A DNA stretch of 64,000 nt from a virus. This document shows positions 1 to 10,800 of this stretch, piece by piece. Location: the IMG/VR virus record IMGVR_UViG_3300024983_000137; one strand, 5' to 3'. Under the pieces are notes generated by a model, which was not told the origin of the DNA, ran no database searches, and was given only the letters and a program-made list of their open reading frames with translations. The first letter of the stretch is position 1, and each line of letters opens with the position of its first letter. A program made the position numbers and the translations under genes.

Positions 1-198
1 GAAACAACTATGGGTACAGTTTTCGGAGCATACAATGCTGTCACAGGCTACTATCAGAATGTACGCAATTACAAGGACGATGAAGCCAAACTGCAATCTA
101 TCGTAATGGGTGGTACCGCACAGATGAAGGCGCAGAAAGCATTCGATTGGTGTACAGCCTTCGCAAAGGACGGAGCAGATATTTTTAACTGGAATTAA
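1..198 (+). CDS. C-terminal part of a DUF932-family (phage/plasmid-like) protein, 5'-truncated by the window
   Basis: Frame is open back to base 1; GTVFGAYNAVTGYYQN...KAFD resembles the DUF932 C-terminus typical of Bacteroidota ICEs. Confidence 0.65.
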   Translation, partial: ETTMGTVFGAYNAVTGYYQNVRNYKDDEAKLQSIVMGGTAQMKAQKAFDWCTAFAKDGADIFNWN

Positions 199-220
199 TA
201 ATCTAAGGCTACCGTCTTAA

Positions 221-499
221 ATGGCGGTAGCCTACTATAAAACAAGCGATATGACTAAAGATGAACTAAAAGAACGGTTTAAAAGATTTTTTGAAGCTAA
301 CCCACCTTTAGAGGAAATCGAAGAACTATTGAATGAAATACTTAATCTCTCTGTGCTTGATTACAAACATGACAAGGGAGAGGATTATAGAATAGTTAAA
401 ATAATCTATCACGCTATTCTGTGCAAGATGGCAAAACATTGGGAGCTTGCCAGTGAGGAAAACAAAAAAGTTTCTGCTGATATACAAAAATACATCTGA
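221..499 (+). CDS. Hypothetical protein, 92 aa
   Basis: ORF in a co-directional gene string; no recognised motif. Confidence 0.55.
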   Translation: MAVAYYKTSDMTKDELKERFKRFFEANPPLEEIEELLNEILNLSVLDYKHDKGEDYRIVKIIYHAILCKMAKHWELASEENKKVSADIQKYI

Positions 500-502
500 C
501 AA

Positions 503-979
503 ATGGGCAAACCGTTCACACCCCAAAGACTGGCGAATATCCGCAGGATGCGCAAAGCAAGAAGGCTATACAAGAAACAACCTCTTTTTGCTTACGATAT
601 ACTGTGCAAGGAATATCCCGATTATACGTATGACAAATTTTGGGATGATCTAAGATACCGCAGAAAGCCAAAACGCAGAAAAGGTAAATCTGCATTGGTA
701 CGATACGGGAGATACAGGCGCATGGAGCAACTCAACGAATTGTACAGCAGTACCGCAAACATTGAGTATGGCTTACAGGCACAGAGGTTACGCAAATATA
801 TGACCAAGCCTTATAGGGTGCTTGTCAGGGTTAGCGGTAAGGTTTTCGAATACGGTTTCTCTCCATTGATCCCCGTAGAGAAGATTGAAGCACTTACAGT
901 AGAACTTTCCAATGTCAAAAGTCCACAGGAAGCGGACGAGGTGGTACAGCAGTTTCGGATAAACGCCCATATAGGGTAA
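503..979 (+). CDS. Basic hypothetical ICE protein, 158 aa
   Basis: Starts 3 nt after the previous stop; Arg/Lys-rich. Confidence 0.65.
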   Translation: MGKPFTPQRLANIRRMRKARRLYKKQPLFAYDILCKEYPDYTYDKFWDDLRYRRKPKRRKGKSALVRYGRYRRMEQLNELYSSTANIEYGLQAQRLRKYMTKPYRVLVRVSGKVFEYGFSPLIPVEKIEALTVELSNVKSPQEADEVVQQFRINAHIG

Positions 980-1017
980 GTAAAAAACAATTTATTCACA
1001 TACTAAAAACAGTAATT

Positions 1018-1368
1018 ATGACACGTTCAAACCTTCATATCAAATTAAGCAACGGCAAAAACATCATTTGTGTTGCAGACAGTAGCAGTGCACCCGAACA
1101 GGGATATATCGTGGAGCGATTGTTATTGCCTCTTTTCGAACAGGAAGACACAGAAAAAGAGCTGGCTTTACTTTCTGAACACTGTACAATGGATGACAGG
1201 CGTATTAATGCGACTTACCGCTATGTGATAGACCTTACAATAAAGGAAATAAAGTTTTTTGAGGAACATTACAGCTATTCAAGAGGTAGTTTCCGAAAAG
1301 GCAGTGATATAACGGAACGATACAAAGATTATTTAATGACGATTGATAACAATAAAGTAGGACAATGA
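1018..1368 (+). CDS. Hypothetical ICE protein, 116 aa
   Basis: Stop overlaps the next start (ATGA). Confidence 0.65.
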   Translation: MTRSNLHIKLSNGKNIICVADSSSAPEQGYIVERLLLPLFEQEDTEKELALLSEHCTMDDRRINATYRYVIDLTIKEIKFFEEHYSYSRGSFRKGSDITERYKDYLMTIDNNKVGQ

Positions 1369-2027
1369 AGACAATTAAAATACCGCTTTATACCTTTTCA
1401 GAACTGGAAAAGGAAGCACAGGAGAAAGCAACAGAACATTTTCGGTACATCAATACGGGTCACGGTTGGTGGGATGCCGATTACGAAGACTTTGCGAATA
1501 TCTGCGAAACAATGGGAATTTCTGTAAACCCGAAAGAGATATACTTCAGAGGTTTTTATTCACAGGGGGACGGTAGTTGCTTTGCATCAAAGATAGATAC
1601 AGCTGCCTTTATCAAAAGCATGGAAAAACAAGGGTGGAAAAGCTACGCACCTACATTGGAACTGAATGCTGAAAGTTGTCCAATACCCCCACGCATCGTT
1701 AACCTCATTGAACAAGAGATAATAGAAATGGAAATATGGACAGAAACATCACACAGATATTATTTTTTGCATTACCGCTCACAAAATTATCTGTACCGGA
1801 AATCAAACAGGGACTATATCCGAATTGAGGAAGAACTCGCAAAGTTGGACAAATGGACAAAAAAAATATTGGAAAGGCTAAACGAATATTTGTATAAAAG
1901 CCTTGAAGAAACTTATGATTATATGACAAGTGATGAAGCCGTACAGCAAACCATAAAAGCCAATGAATACCATTTTACACCAAACGGAGTACATACAGAT
2001 TGGCTTTGTGAATATTCGGAATTATAA
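1365..2027 (+). CDS. Conserved ICE/plasmid hypothetical protein, 220 aa
   Basis: WWDADYEDF...IYFRGFYSQGDGSCF motif resembles a family common on conjugative elements; function not supported. Confidence 0.6.
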   Translation: MKTIKIPLYTFSELEKEAQEKATEHFRYINTGHGWWDADYEDFANICETMGISVNPKEIYFRGFYSQGDGSCFASKIDTAAFIKSMEKQGWKSYAPTLELNAESCPIPPRIVNLIEQEIIEMEIWTETSHRYYFLHYRSQNYLYRKSNRDYIRIEEELAKLDKWTKKILERLNEYLYKSLEETYDYMTSDEAVQQTIKANEYHFTPNGVHTDWLCEYSEL

Positions 2028-2062
2028 CAGGAATTACAACAACAAATTAAATTTTTAGAACA

Positions 2063-2686
2063 ATGGAAACAAATTTTTTCAGTCAGATGTCACATTTGGA
2101 CGTTGCAGGTAGCCTGCAACTTACCATAGCAAAGGGAGTGGAAAACAACCTAATCGTATCGGTATTGCTTCAAAACGAGCAATGCGGAGATGATGCAAAG
2201 AAATTAATTCCTCCCTATAATCTTCGGGGAACAGCCGAGGAACTCGATAACGGTTTTTTTGATAAGATAACCGTACCTATTCAGACCGCTTCGGGCTTAA
2301 TGGTAGATATGGAAGCCTTTATGAAGCAACTCGAAGAAGCCAAAAAGCAATCGGCAATGGAAAAGGAAAAAGCCGATAAAGCGAAATCGGAAAAGGATGC
2401 CAAAGATAAGAAGTATAAAGAAGCAATGGCGAAGGTTGACGAACTTGACAAGGCAGAAAAGCCGAAAGAAGCATGGATGAAACTTCCAGGAACAAAGGAT
2501 TTCCCCGAACATGCCGAAACCATTCGCAAACGCAGATCGGAACTTTCTGCCAGGTTTGCACCAGACCTTTTTGGGAATGTGCCAACAGAGGAGCAACAGA
2601 CAAATGATGCATCTTCTCACAAGGAGGAGTTATTTTCTCAATCGGAGGAAATGGAATTTGACGATGTGGAAGACGACGAATATTAA
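2063..2686 (+). CDS. PRTRC system protein E
   Basis: N-terminal METNFF...LIVSVLLQNEQCGDDAKKLIPP...LRGTAEELDNGFF, coiled-coil middle, acidic tail; first gene of the cassette. Confidence 0.8.
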   Translation: METNFFSQMSHLDVAGSLQLTIAKGVENNLIVSVLLQNEQCGDDAKKLIPPYNLRGTAEELDNGFFDKITVPIQTASGLMVDMEAFMKQLEEAKKQSAMEKEKADKAKSEKDAKDKKYKEAMAKVDELDKAEKPKEAWMKLPGTKDFPEHAETIRKRRSELSARFAPDLFGNVPTEEQQTNDASSHKEELFSQSEEMEFDDVEDDEY

Positions 2687-2704
2687 CATTTAAAATCAGA
2701 AATC

Positions 2705-2923
2705 ATGTTATTAGCAACGCAATTAGAAAGGGTATTCCTATTCAGCGACAAGGGACAGGAAATCAGATTGACAGACCCCGAACCCAAATGGAGTGTACAG
2801 GCAGTATTGAATTTTTATTCCAATACATACCCCATTTTGACAACTGCAAAAGTATCAGCCCCACAGATTAAGGATGATGCGGTACAGTACCGCTTTGAAA
2901 GTGCTATGGGAACAAAAGGTTAA
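2705..2923 (+). CDS. PRTRC system protein C (ubiquitin-like)
   Basis: 72 aa, LERVF...LTDP...YSNTYPILTTA, ends in GTKG with a C-terminal glycine. Confidence 0.85.
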   Translation: MLLATQLERVFLFSDKGQEIRLTDPEPKWSVQAVLNFYSNTYPILTTAKVSAPQIKDDAVQYRFESAMGTKG

Positions 2924-2939
2924 ACAAAACAGTAAAACA

Positions 2940-4094
2940 ATGACTTATGCAACGACATACCGTATCGGGTACATTCCAAATGCCCCGAGAACCGAAGCAA
3001 AGGCAGTTGCACCGCCAGTTAAGCGAGTTCGCAAATTGGATGCAAAGACCAAAAGACGCAAACGAAATCCAAAAGGACAAACAGCAATCTGTACCTGTAA
3101 TCATGTTGCCAATGGTTTTCTAAGGACTTCATTTCTGCCAAGACTGAACGAAACAGAAGCCGTACAGGCTTACAGGGATAATGCCAAAATGGAAAGGGAT
3201 TTTTATATCTCCCTTTCCCGATTGGCAGAGCATTACGGTATCACTCCCAAACCAACACAATCATTGGAGTATCCCTACAATATAGCACTGGCTATAAAAG
3301 ATACCGAAGAACAGTTAAGGCTTAAAATAAAGGATTGGGAAGAAATCAGACTGATACAGGATGGTAAGAAAGTGTTTTTCACAAGCGAGGAAAGGTACTG
3401 CACAGGTGCAACCTTGTATTACATTCCCGTAGTACCTTTATTTCGATGGCTGAAAGAACCTAAGCGGAAGCAAACCGCCCGATTGCTCTTGTCAGTTTGC
3501 AGTTATCTGTACCACATTGCCGACATTCCTTATTACAGGCAGGAAAACAGTTACCTGTATTGGATATATGAAATGTTGAAGGATTGGGTAATGCAGGATG
3601 ACTACGAAGAAGATGTGGCACACCATCTTAGGGAAATAGAGCAAGCTGAATGGATAGGCGACCGTATAGAGAAGAAGATTTTCAACCAAAAAAATTTAAA
3701 GCTGTTTAAAAACCGTTTAGACCGCTTTAAAATCAAAGACCATACAGATAAGGAATGCTTTAATTTGGCGCAGGAAGCCTACGCCCTTTATCAACAATAT
3801 CCCAACGAAAGCGTGTTCCGAAATGCCCGACCCAATGGCGAAGCAGACGAGGAAGACAGGGAGGATATCATCCCTATGGATAGGTATGTTTCATTCTTTG
3901 CGGATAGCACGGGGTGGTTAACAGATAATCTCATCGAAACTGTAAACACTGAATTGCAGGAGTACGGACAAATGGAAGAACCTATTATTATCAAACGTTT
4001 TGACGGAGGCGACATAAGCGCCAATACATTGGAGTTTGAGAACCGGCTATTGCCCATGCTTGATAAACTTGCTTACATTTTAAACAATCTTTAA
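2940..4094 (+). CDS. PRTRC-associated protein (protein F-like position)
   Basis: Lies between protein C and protein B; start moved to ATG 2940, after the protein C stop. Confidence 0.65.
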   Translation: MTYATTYRIGYIPNAPRTEAKAVAPPVKRVRKLDAKTKRRKRNPKGQTAICTCNHVANGFLRTSFLPRLNETEAVQAYRDNAKMERDFYISLSRLAEHYGITPKPTQSLEYPYNIALAIKDTEEQLRLKIKDWEEIRLIQDGKKVFFTSEERYCTGATLYYIPVVPLFRWLKEPKRKQTARLLLSVCSYLYHIADIPYYRQENSYLYWIYEMLKDWVMQDDYEEDVAHHLREIEQAEWIGDRIEKKIFNQKNLKLFKNRLDRFKIKDHTDKECFNLAQEAYALYQQYPNESVFRNARPNGEADEEDREDIIPMDRYVSFFADSTGWLTDNLIETVNTELQEYGQMEEPIIIKRFDGGDISANTLEFENRLLPMLDKLAYILNNL

Positions 4095-4104
4095 AACAGC
4101 GACT

Positions 4105-4818
4105 ATGAATGATATAACACAGGATTTTGGAACGCTTTACTATCCCAAATCGGCATTGGTTTTTTATCAGACCACAGGGAAAAATCAAGATACGTATGTA
4201 GAACATTTCGATATGGATAAAAACGGTATGCCGGTCAATGCGCACCCTTTGACTATAAGGGAAGCAAACCGATTGGCAAAGGCTTTGAAAACTGCAAATG
4301 AAGAAAAGGAACCTTTACTGAAACCGCAGGGAATAATGAGCAGTCAGATTTTGCATTTTAACCCAATGGGTAACACCGTGATATGGTTTACAAAAGCCAT
4401 GCAAAGAGAATTGTATTTTACGCAAAGCCTGGGCATACCCAAAGGCAGGGCAAGCGTACCGCCTATGCTATGGGTAGCAGACCGGAACGGCTTATCGGTT
4501 TTTGCTTTGGCAGGAAACCGCAGACCGACCGAAAGAACAAAGCTGTACAATGCGCCCTTTTTCAACGTTTACGAAGATGGAAGTGTCTGTATGGGGACGG
4601 TAGATATAAGGATAAAGAAAACCGCTTCATTGGAGGAATTTACCCACGCATGGGAGGGATTTTTCTTTAACAGCTATTTCAGCCACTTAATACACGGTTA
4701 TAACCCGATAAAAGTAAATTGTGTAAGTCTTTGGGAAAGCCTTATTACCACAGGCAAAGCCTTTCCAATGGAAGTATTAACCAGAAGTAATTTAACCTTA
4801 AAAGATATAATGCGATGA
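4105..4818 (+). CDS. PRTRC system protein B (prokaryotic E2-like)
   Basis: LYNAPFFNVYEDGSVCMG motif with candidate active-site Cys; FFNSYFSH. Confidence 0.85.
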   Translation: MNDITQDFGTLYYPKSALVFYQTTGKNQDTYVEHFDMDKNGMPVNAHPLTIREANRLAKALKTANEEKEPLLKPQGIMSSQILHFNPMGNTVIWFTKAMQRELYFTQSLGIPKGRASVPPMLWVADRNGLSVFALAGNRRPTERTKLYNAPFFNVYEDGSVCMGTVDIRIKKTASLEEFTHAWEGFFFNSYFSHLIHGYNPIKVNCVSLWESLITTGKAFPMEVLTRSNLTLKDIMR

Positions 4819-5621
4819 ACACAGATAGAATAAAAGTCCACTTTACCGATAACCATTTGATAAATGCCACCAATCCCGTATCGGTAAACCTTATCGGTGC
4901 AGGTGGCACAGGCTCAAAAGTTTTGACAGCCTTAATGGAAATGAACAGCAGTCTTTTAGCGTTAGGACACGCAGGATTGTCTGTTCGGCTTTGGGATGAT
5001 GATATTGTTACCGAGGCTAATTTGGGAAGACAGCGGTTTGCACAGTGCGAAACAGGTTTGTACAAGTCCGTCGCACTTATCAACCGTGCCAACCGATTTT
5101 CGGGTACAGATTGGAAAGCCGAAATACAGAAGTTTGAGAGAAATAGTTTAGGTAAACTGCCCGAAAACGCACAGGCTACTATCTTCATTACCTGTGTTGA
5201 CAGTGTAAAGGCGAGGTTTGACGTTGCTGAAATATTGAAAGCATTGCACAACGGTAAATATTACTACCATAAGCCCAAGTATTGGCTGGATTACGGCAAC
5301 AGTCAATATTCGGGACAAGTGTTGTTATCTACCATTGGCGATATTTCGCAACCGAAGTCCGACCGATTTGAAACCGTAGCCAACCTGCCAATGATTACGG
5401 ATGAATTTGGCGACCTGCTGAAACACTCCGAGCAGGAGGATAACACGCCAAGCTGTTCTTTGGCAGAAGCACTCGAAAAGCAGGACTTGTATATAAACTC
5501 CTCATTGGCTCAAATGGGCTGTTCACTTTTGTGGAGCTTGTTCCGCAACGGATTGACCGAACACAGGGGATTTTTTCTCCATCTGAAAGATTTCCGTTCA
5601 CAGCCGATAAAAGTTGCCTGA
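4815..5621 (+). CDS. PRTRC system ThiF/E1-like protein
   Basis: IGAGGTGS nucleotide-binding motif, DDDIVTEANLGRQ, ITCVD, PSCSLAEAL. Confidence 0.9.
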   Translation: MNTDRIKVHFTDNHLINATNPVSVNLIGAGGTGSKVLTALMEMNSSLLALGHAGLSVRLWDDDIVTEANLGRQRFAQCETGLYKSVALINRANRFSGTDWKAEIQKFERNSLGKLPENAQATIFITCVDSVKARFDVAEILKALHNGKYYYHKPKYWLDYGNSQYSGQVLLSTIGDISQPKSDRFETVANLPMITDEFGDLLKHSEQEDNTPSCSLAEALEKQDLYINSSLAQMGCSLLWSLFRNGLTEHRGFFLHLKDFRSQPIKVA

Positions 5622-5798
5622 TAACCCAAATCGGGCGGCGAAAATACACATCCTTCCTTCGTCGGAAGCGTATTTTCGCATTTAAAGCGGTGCAACCCCT
5701 TGCGCCGAAAACCTCGCTTACTTATCGTCGCTCATTTTCACCGCAAAAGGTTGCGGATTTGTTCGGATATTTTTTCAGTTCCATAGAAATAGAATCTG

Positions 5799-6563
5799 TC
5801 AGCCTTTAATATCTTTTAATTGATTTTTAAGTTCCCGGAACATCTGTATAACCGTCTGATGATCTAAATTAAAATCTTCCCTTGTAAATTCCTGTGTGGC
5901 AATACTGGCTGCATACTCCCAAATTTCCAAAAGATCGGTAAATGGAATCCTGTACGGTTCGTAAAATTCGTTGTCGGCACTAACAAGCAACTGTTCTTCT
6001 TCTACTTTTACCAAACGCTTGTAGGTCATACCTTCGTTTCTTGTGATAAAAACATATCCTTTTCCTTTTTTTAGGCGATCCATCCGTTCTACGTACCTTC
6101 CGATGATATAAGAGCTGTCTTTATGGGGAGGCATTGAATCCCCTTCTGCGGGAAATGCCCTGAACTTACCTGTTCCCAAAAATGGCAACGAAATTGTTTG
6201 CAGACTTTCTATATAGTCAGGATCGGCATAGCCGTTCAGGTAACCCATTGACGCCTTATGTGGTACAATTTCGATCTTATTTTCCTTTGAGCCATCTACT
6301 ACGATTGGCAGGACGATACGGTTATCGGGTAAATCAATTATTTCCTTCAAGGGAAACCTTCGTAGATCAATAGAAACTAACAGGTCTATGCTGATGTGAA
6401 AATACCGTGAGATACGAATGAGCAATTCTACCGGAGGTTCAGCAGCTCCATCCTCATATTTTGCGTATCGCCCCCTCGTTATCATAAGATCATCTGCGAT
6501 CTTTTGCTGAGAGGAGTTCAGCTGGCTGCGCAGATAACGCATGTTTTCAGATAGTTTTGACAT
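5799..6563 (-). CDS. LexA/CI-like repressor (XRE HTH plus S24 peptidase)
   Basis: HTH LRSQLNSSQQKIADDLMITRGRYAKYE; AEGDSMPP (catalytic Ser) and TYKRL (Lys); start at ATG 6563; divergent from dinB. Confidence 0.85.
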   Translation of the reverse strand: MSKLSENMRYLRSQLNSSQQKIADDLMITRGRYAKYEDGAAEPPVELLIRISRYFHISIDLLVSIDLRRFPLKEIIDLPDNRIVLPIVVDGSKENKIEIVPHKASMGYLNGYADPDYIESLQTISLPFLGTGKFRAFPAEGDSMPPHKDSSYIIGRYVERMDRLKKGKGYVFITRNEGMTYKRLVKVEEEQLLVSADNEFYEPYRIPFTDLLEIWEYAASIATQEFTREDFNLDHQTVIQMFRELKNQLKDIKG

Positions 6564-6626
6564 TGCTACAAAATTTAGCAACAAATATAGGTAATTCTGA
6601 TACAATACGTACTAATTTTGTTAGCA
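6564..6626. promoter_or_regulatory. Two palindromic operator-like boxes in the divergent repressor/dinB promoter
   Basis: TGCTA-caaaatt-TAGCA (6564-6580) and TACTA-attttgt-TAGCA (6610-6626). Confidence 0.6.
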
Positions 6627-6648
6627 TACGAGGAGAAAGGAGAAATAG

Positions 6649-7806
6649 ATGGAACGTGCGGTGGTACACATGGATCTGGACACTTTTTTTGTGTCCTGTG
6701 AGCGGTTGAATAATGATAAATTAAATGGAATACCTGTAATCATTGGTGGAGGGGATCGTGGAGTGGTGGCTTCATGCTCATACGAAGCAAGATATTTCGG
6801 TGTGCGTTCGGCAATGCCGATCAAAATGGCATTACGGCTTTGTCCAGAAGCAAAGGTCATTAAAGGGGATATGGAAATGTATTCCAGGCTTTCGCATACC
6901 GTCACGGAAATAATCGAAGAAAAAGCCCCTGTGGTGGAAAAAGCCAGTATTGACGAGCACTATCTGGATATTTCGGGAATGGACAGGTTTTTTGGTGCGT
7001 ACAAGTGGACCGAGGAGCTGATGCAGTCCGTTACCAGACATACCGGACTGCCTGTTTCATTTGCCTTATCCGTTAATAAGACAGTTGCAAAAATTGGTAC
7101 AGGTGAAGCAAAGCCGATAGGTAAAAAGGAAATTCCATCGGAAATGGTGCGCCCGTTCCTGAATCCGTTATCCATCAAAAAAATTCCCGGTGTCGGCGAT
7201 GCGTCTTTCCAGCTGTTGTCACGGATCGGAATCCGTCAGATACACACATTGGCGGATATGCCTGTGGAAGTCCTGCAACAGATGATCGGCAAGAACGGTA
7301 TTGAACTGTGGAAGAAAGCCAATGGCATTGACAATACTCCGGTTGAACCCTACACGGAAAGAAAGTCCATCTCGACAGAACATACCTTTGACCGGGACAC
7401 CATTGATCTTTTTGTACTTAGGGCATTGATTTCGGATATGGTGGAAAAACTGGCGTTTCAGCTGCGTTCCGAACAGTGGCTTACATCAACAGTAGTGCTG
7501 AAGATCCGTTATGCTAACTTTGATACGGAAACAAAGCAATCCCGCATACCTTATACATCGGCGGATCATACCTTATTGCAATGTGTGACAGAATTGTTTG
7601 ATAAGCTCTATAACAGACGCATGCGCATACGTCTGATCGGTATCCGGCTTACTAATCTTGTACATGGTAATTTACAGATTAATCTTTTCGAGGACACGCA
7701 GGAAATGGTATCGCTGTATCAGGCAATGGATCACATCAAAAACCGCTTCGGATACGATAAGATCGGGCGTGCGGCTGGGTTTAGATTTATGACGGGGAGA
7801 AAGTAA
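6649..7806 (+). CDS. dinB: Y-family DNA polymerase IV
   Basis: HMDLDTFFVSCE, SCSYEAR, ASIDEHYLD motifs. Confidence 0.92.
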   Translation: MERAVVHMDLDTFFVSCERLNNDKLNGIPVIIGGGDRGVVASCSYEARYFGVRSAMPIKMALRLCPEAKVIKGDMEMYSRLSHTVTEIIEEKAPVVEKASIDEHYLDISGMDRFFGAYKWTEELMQSVTRHTGLPVSFALSVNKTVAKIGTGEAKPIGKKEIPSEMVRPFLNPLSIKKIPGVGDASFQLLSRIGIRQIHTLADMPVEVLQQMIGKNGIELWKKANGIDNTPVEPYTERKSISTEHTFDRDTIDLFVLRALISDMVEKLAFQLRSEQWLTSTVVLKIRYANFDTETKQSRIPYTSADHTLLQCVTELFDKLYNRRMRIRLIGIRLTNLVHGNLQINLFEDTQEMVSLYQAMDHIKNRFGYDKIGRAAGFRFMTGRK

Positions 7807-7807
7807 G

Positions 7808-10800
7808 ATGTACCTGAATTGTCATTCTTACCATAGTTTGCGCTATGGAACCATTCCGATCAATATGTTGGTAGAGCAGGCAAGAGCCTGTAATGTTACC
7901 ACACTGGCACTAACCGATATTAATACCGTTACGGGAATATACGATTTTACAAAAGCATGTCAACAGGCAGGCATTAAACCCATTGCAGGCATGGAAATCC
8001 GGAAGGACAACCGTTTACTGTATATCGCCTTGGCTAAGAAGCAGTCCGGTATCGGGGAAATATGTCGTTTGCTTACCGAACACAACTGTGAGGGAACAGC
8101 ATTGCCTGCCATTGCACCCGATTTCCGGAACGTTAACGTGATATATCCAATATCCAATACACCTGAAACCCTAAAAGAAAATGAATTCATCGGTATTCGG
8201 CCGGAAGAATTGAGCATGCTTTTTCGTCCTGAATGGAAGAAGCGATTGAATAGCATGGTGATCCTGTCTCCTGTGACCATAACGAATAAAACAGAACATA
8301 ACCTGCACCGCATTCTACGGGCAATTGACAGGAATGTAATCCTTTCTAAACTTGATGAGCAGGATTACTGCTGCCCGGAGGAGAAAATGAGAGGTATTGA
8401 AGATCTTCTTAATAGCTACAAAGATTATCCCCAGATCATCGCCAATACTGTACGGGTAATGGAAAGTTGTCATTTTGAATTTGACTTCAGCACACCTAAA
8501 AACAAGAAGTTTTATACCGGCAGTAAGATAAGCGACGTCAAATTGCTTAGTACGCTTGCTTATGCAGGATTGGAAAAGCGCTATGGAAAAAACAATGCTA
8601 CTGCCCGGCAGAGGATAGAAAAGGAGCTGAAGGTAATTGACGAATTGGGTTTCAGTGGCTACTTTCTCATTACATGGGATATTATACGGTATAGCAACAG
8701 TATGGGCTTTATGCACATAGGACGAGGCAGCGGGGCAAATAGCATCATTGCCTATTGCCTTGGTATTACAGATATATGCCCATTAGAGCTTGACCTGTAT
8801 TTTGAGCGCTTCCTCAACCTGAACCGCAAGACACCGCCCGATTTTGACATTGATTGGAGCTGGCAGGAACGGGATGCAATCCTGCAATATATTTTTGATC
8901 GGTACGGAAAAGAGCATGTGGCTTTTTGTGGAACGAACGTGGAATTTAAGTACCGCTCTATTTTTCGTGAAGTGGGTAAGGTTTTCGGTTTACCCAAAGA
9001 GGAACTTGATTCATTAACGACAACTCCTGCTGAAAAACACGATGATAATTCGGTTGTAAAATTGGTGCATAAATACGGTAAGATGCTTGAAAAATATCCC
9101 AACCAACGCAGTATGCACTCCTGTGGGATCATTATTTCCGAAGAACCTATTACCAATTACACAGCCTTGGAAATGCCCCCTAAAGGCTTTCCGATAGTAC
9201 AGTTTGACATGCACATTGCCGAGGATATTGGCTTTGAAAAATTCGATATTTTAAGCCAGAGAGGTATCGGACACATCAATGATGCTGTAAAGCTCATTAA
9301 AAAGAACAAAGGGATCAACGTCGATATCCGGGATACCTCCATTTCAAAGGATGAAAAAGTCTGTAACCAATTTCTGAGCAGGGGAAATACAATCGGTTGT
9401 TTCTATATCGAATCCCCGGCTATGCGGGGATTGCTACGCAGGTTGAAGTGCGATAATTACAAAACACTCGTTGCCGCATCATCCATAATCCGTCCGGGAG
9501 TTGCCCAGAGCGGGATGATGAAAGAATATGTGTTTCGGCATAATTATCCTGATAAGTTCGACTATTTTCACGATGTTTTTAAGGAACACTTAGGCGACAC
9601 TTATGGGATCATGGTCTATCAAGAGGATGTAATAAAGATTGCCATGCACTTTGGCGGGTTATCGGCTGCTGATGGTGATATCCTCCGTCGTGCCATGAGC
9701 GGTAAAGGCAGGTCATTAGCTGCATTACAGAAAGTAAAGGAAAACTTTTTTGCATCTTGCAAAGAGAAAGGACATCCCGAAGAATTAAGCCGGGAGGTCT
9801 ATCGGCAGATCGAATCATTTGCCGGTTACTCGTTCTGTAAAGCGCATTCCGCATCTTATGCTGTGGAAAGCTACCAAAGCTTATATCTGAAAGTTTACTA
9901 CCCAATGGAATTTATGGTTGCCGTAATCAATAATATGGGCGGCTTTTACCGTACCGAGGTGTATGTACACGAAGCAAGGATGTCCGGTGCAAATGTGCTG
10001 AACCCTTGCGTAAACAAAAGCGAATACGAAACTACCATTTACGGGAGAGATGTTTACCTCGGTTTCATGCACCTGCAAAGTCTGGAAATGAAGATCAGTC
10101 AACTTATTCCTGAAGAACGAAAAAGAAATGGAGATTATAAGTCTCTCGAAGATTTTATCAGGCGTATCCCGATAGGCATTGAGGGTGTGCAAATACTGAT
10201 CTATATTGGAGCGTTTCGTTTTACGGGTAAATCGAAAAATGAGCTTCTGATACAAGCAAGGTTATTATTGATAAAATTTAAGCAGGAAGATCGTAATCTT
10301 ACGATCCTGCAAGAACCCGTCAAAGAGTGGAAACTCCCTGTATTGGAACGGTCATCATTCGAGGATGCTTTTGATGAAATTGAATCGTTGGGCTTTCCAG
10401 TTTCGTGTTCGCCGTTCGACTTGCTCCAAACCAAATACAGGGGCGTGGTCATGGCAAAGGATCTTACAAACTACCACAGACGCGAAGTAAAGATGCTGGC
10501 TTATCTTATTGCCCGGAAACACGTACCTACCAAACGGGGCGAAATGTATTTCGGGACGTGGATAGATGTTAATGGCGATTATTTCGATACGGCCCATTTT
10601 ACAGATTGCCTGCAAAAATACCCTTTTCAGGGAGGAGGCTGTTACCTGCTATTGGGAACAGTAGAGGTAGATTATCATTTTCCGACTATAACCATTAGCA
10701 AAATGGCAAAGATGCCATTTATACCTGATCCGAGATATTCACATTCCAACGAACATAAATACCGTGCTCACGGTCAGATCAGGGAGGACGTGAGCATGAC

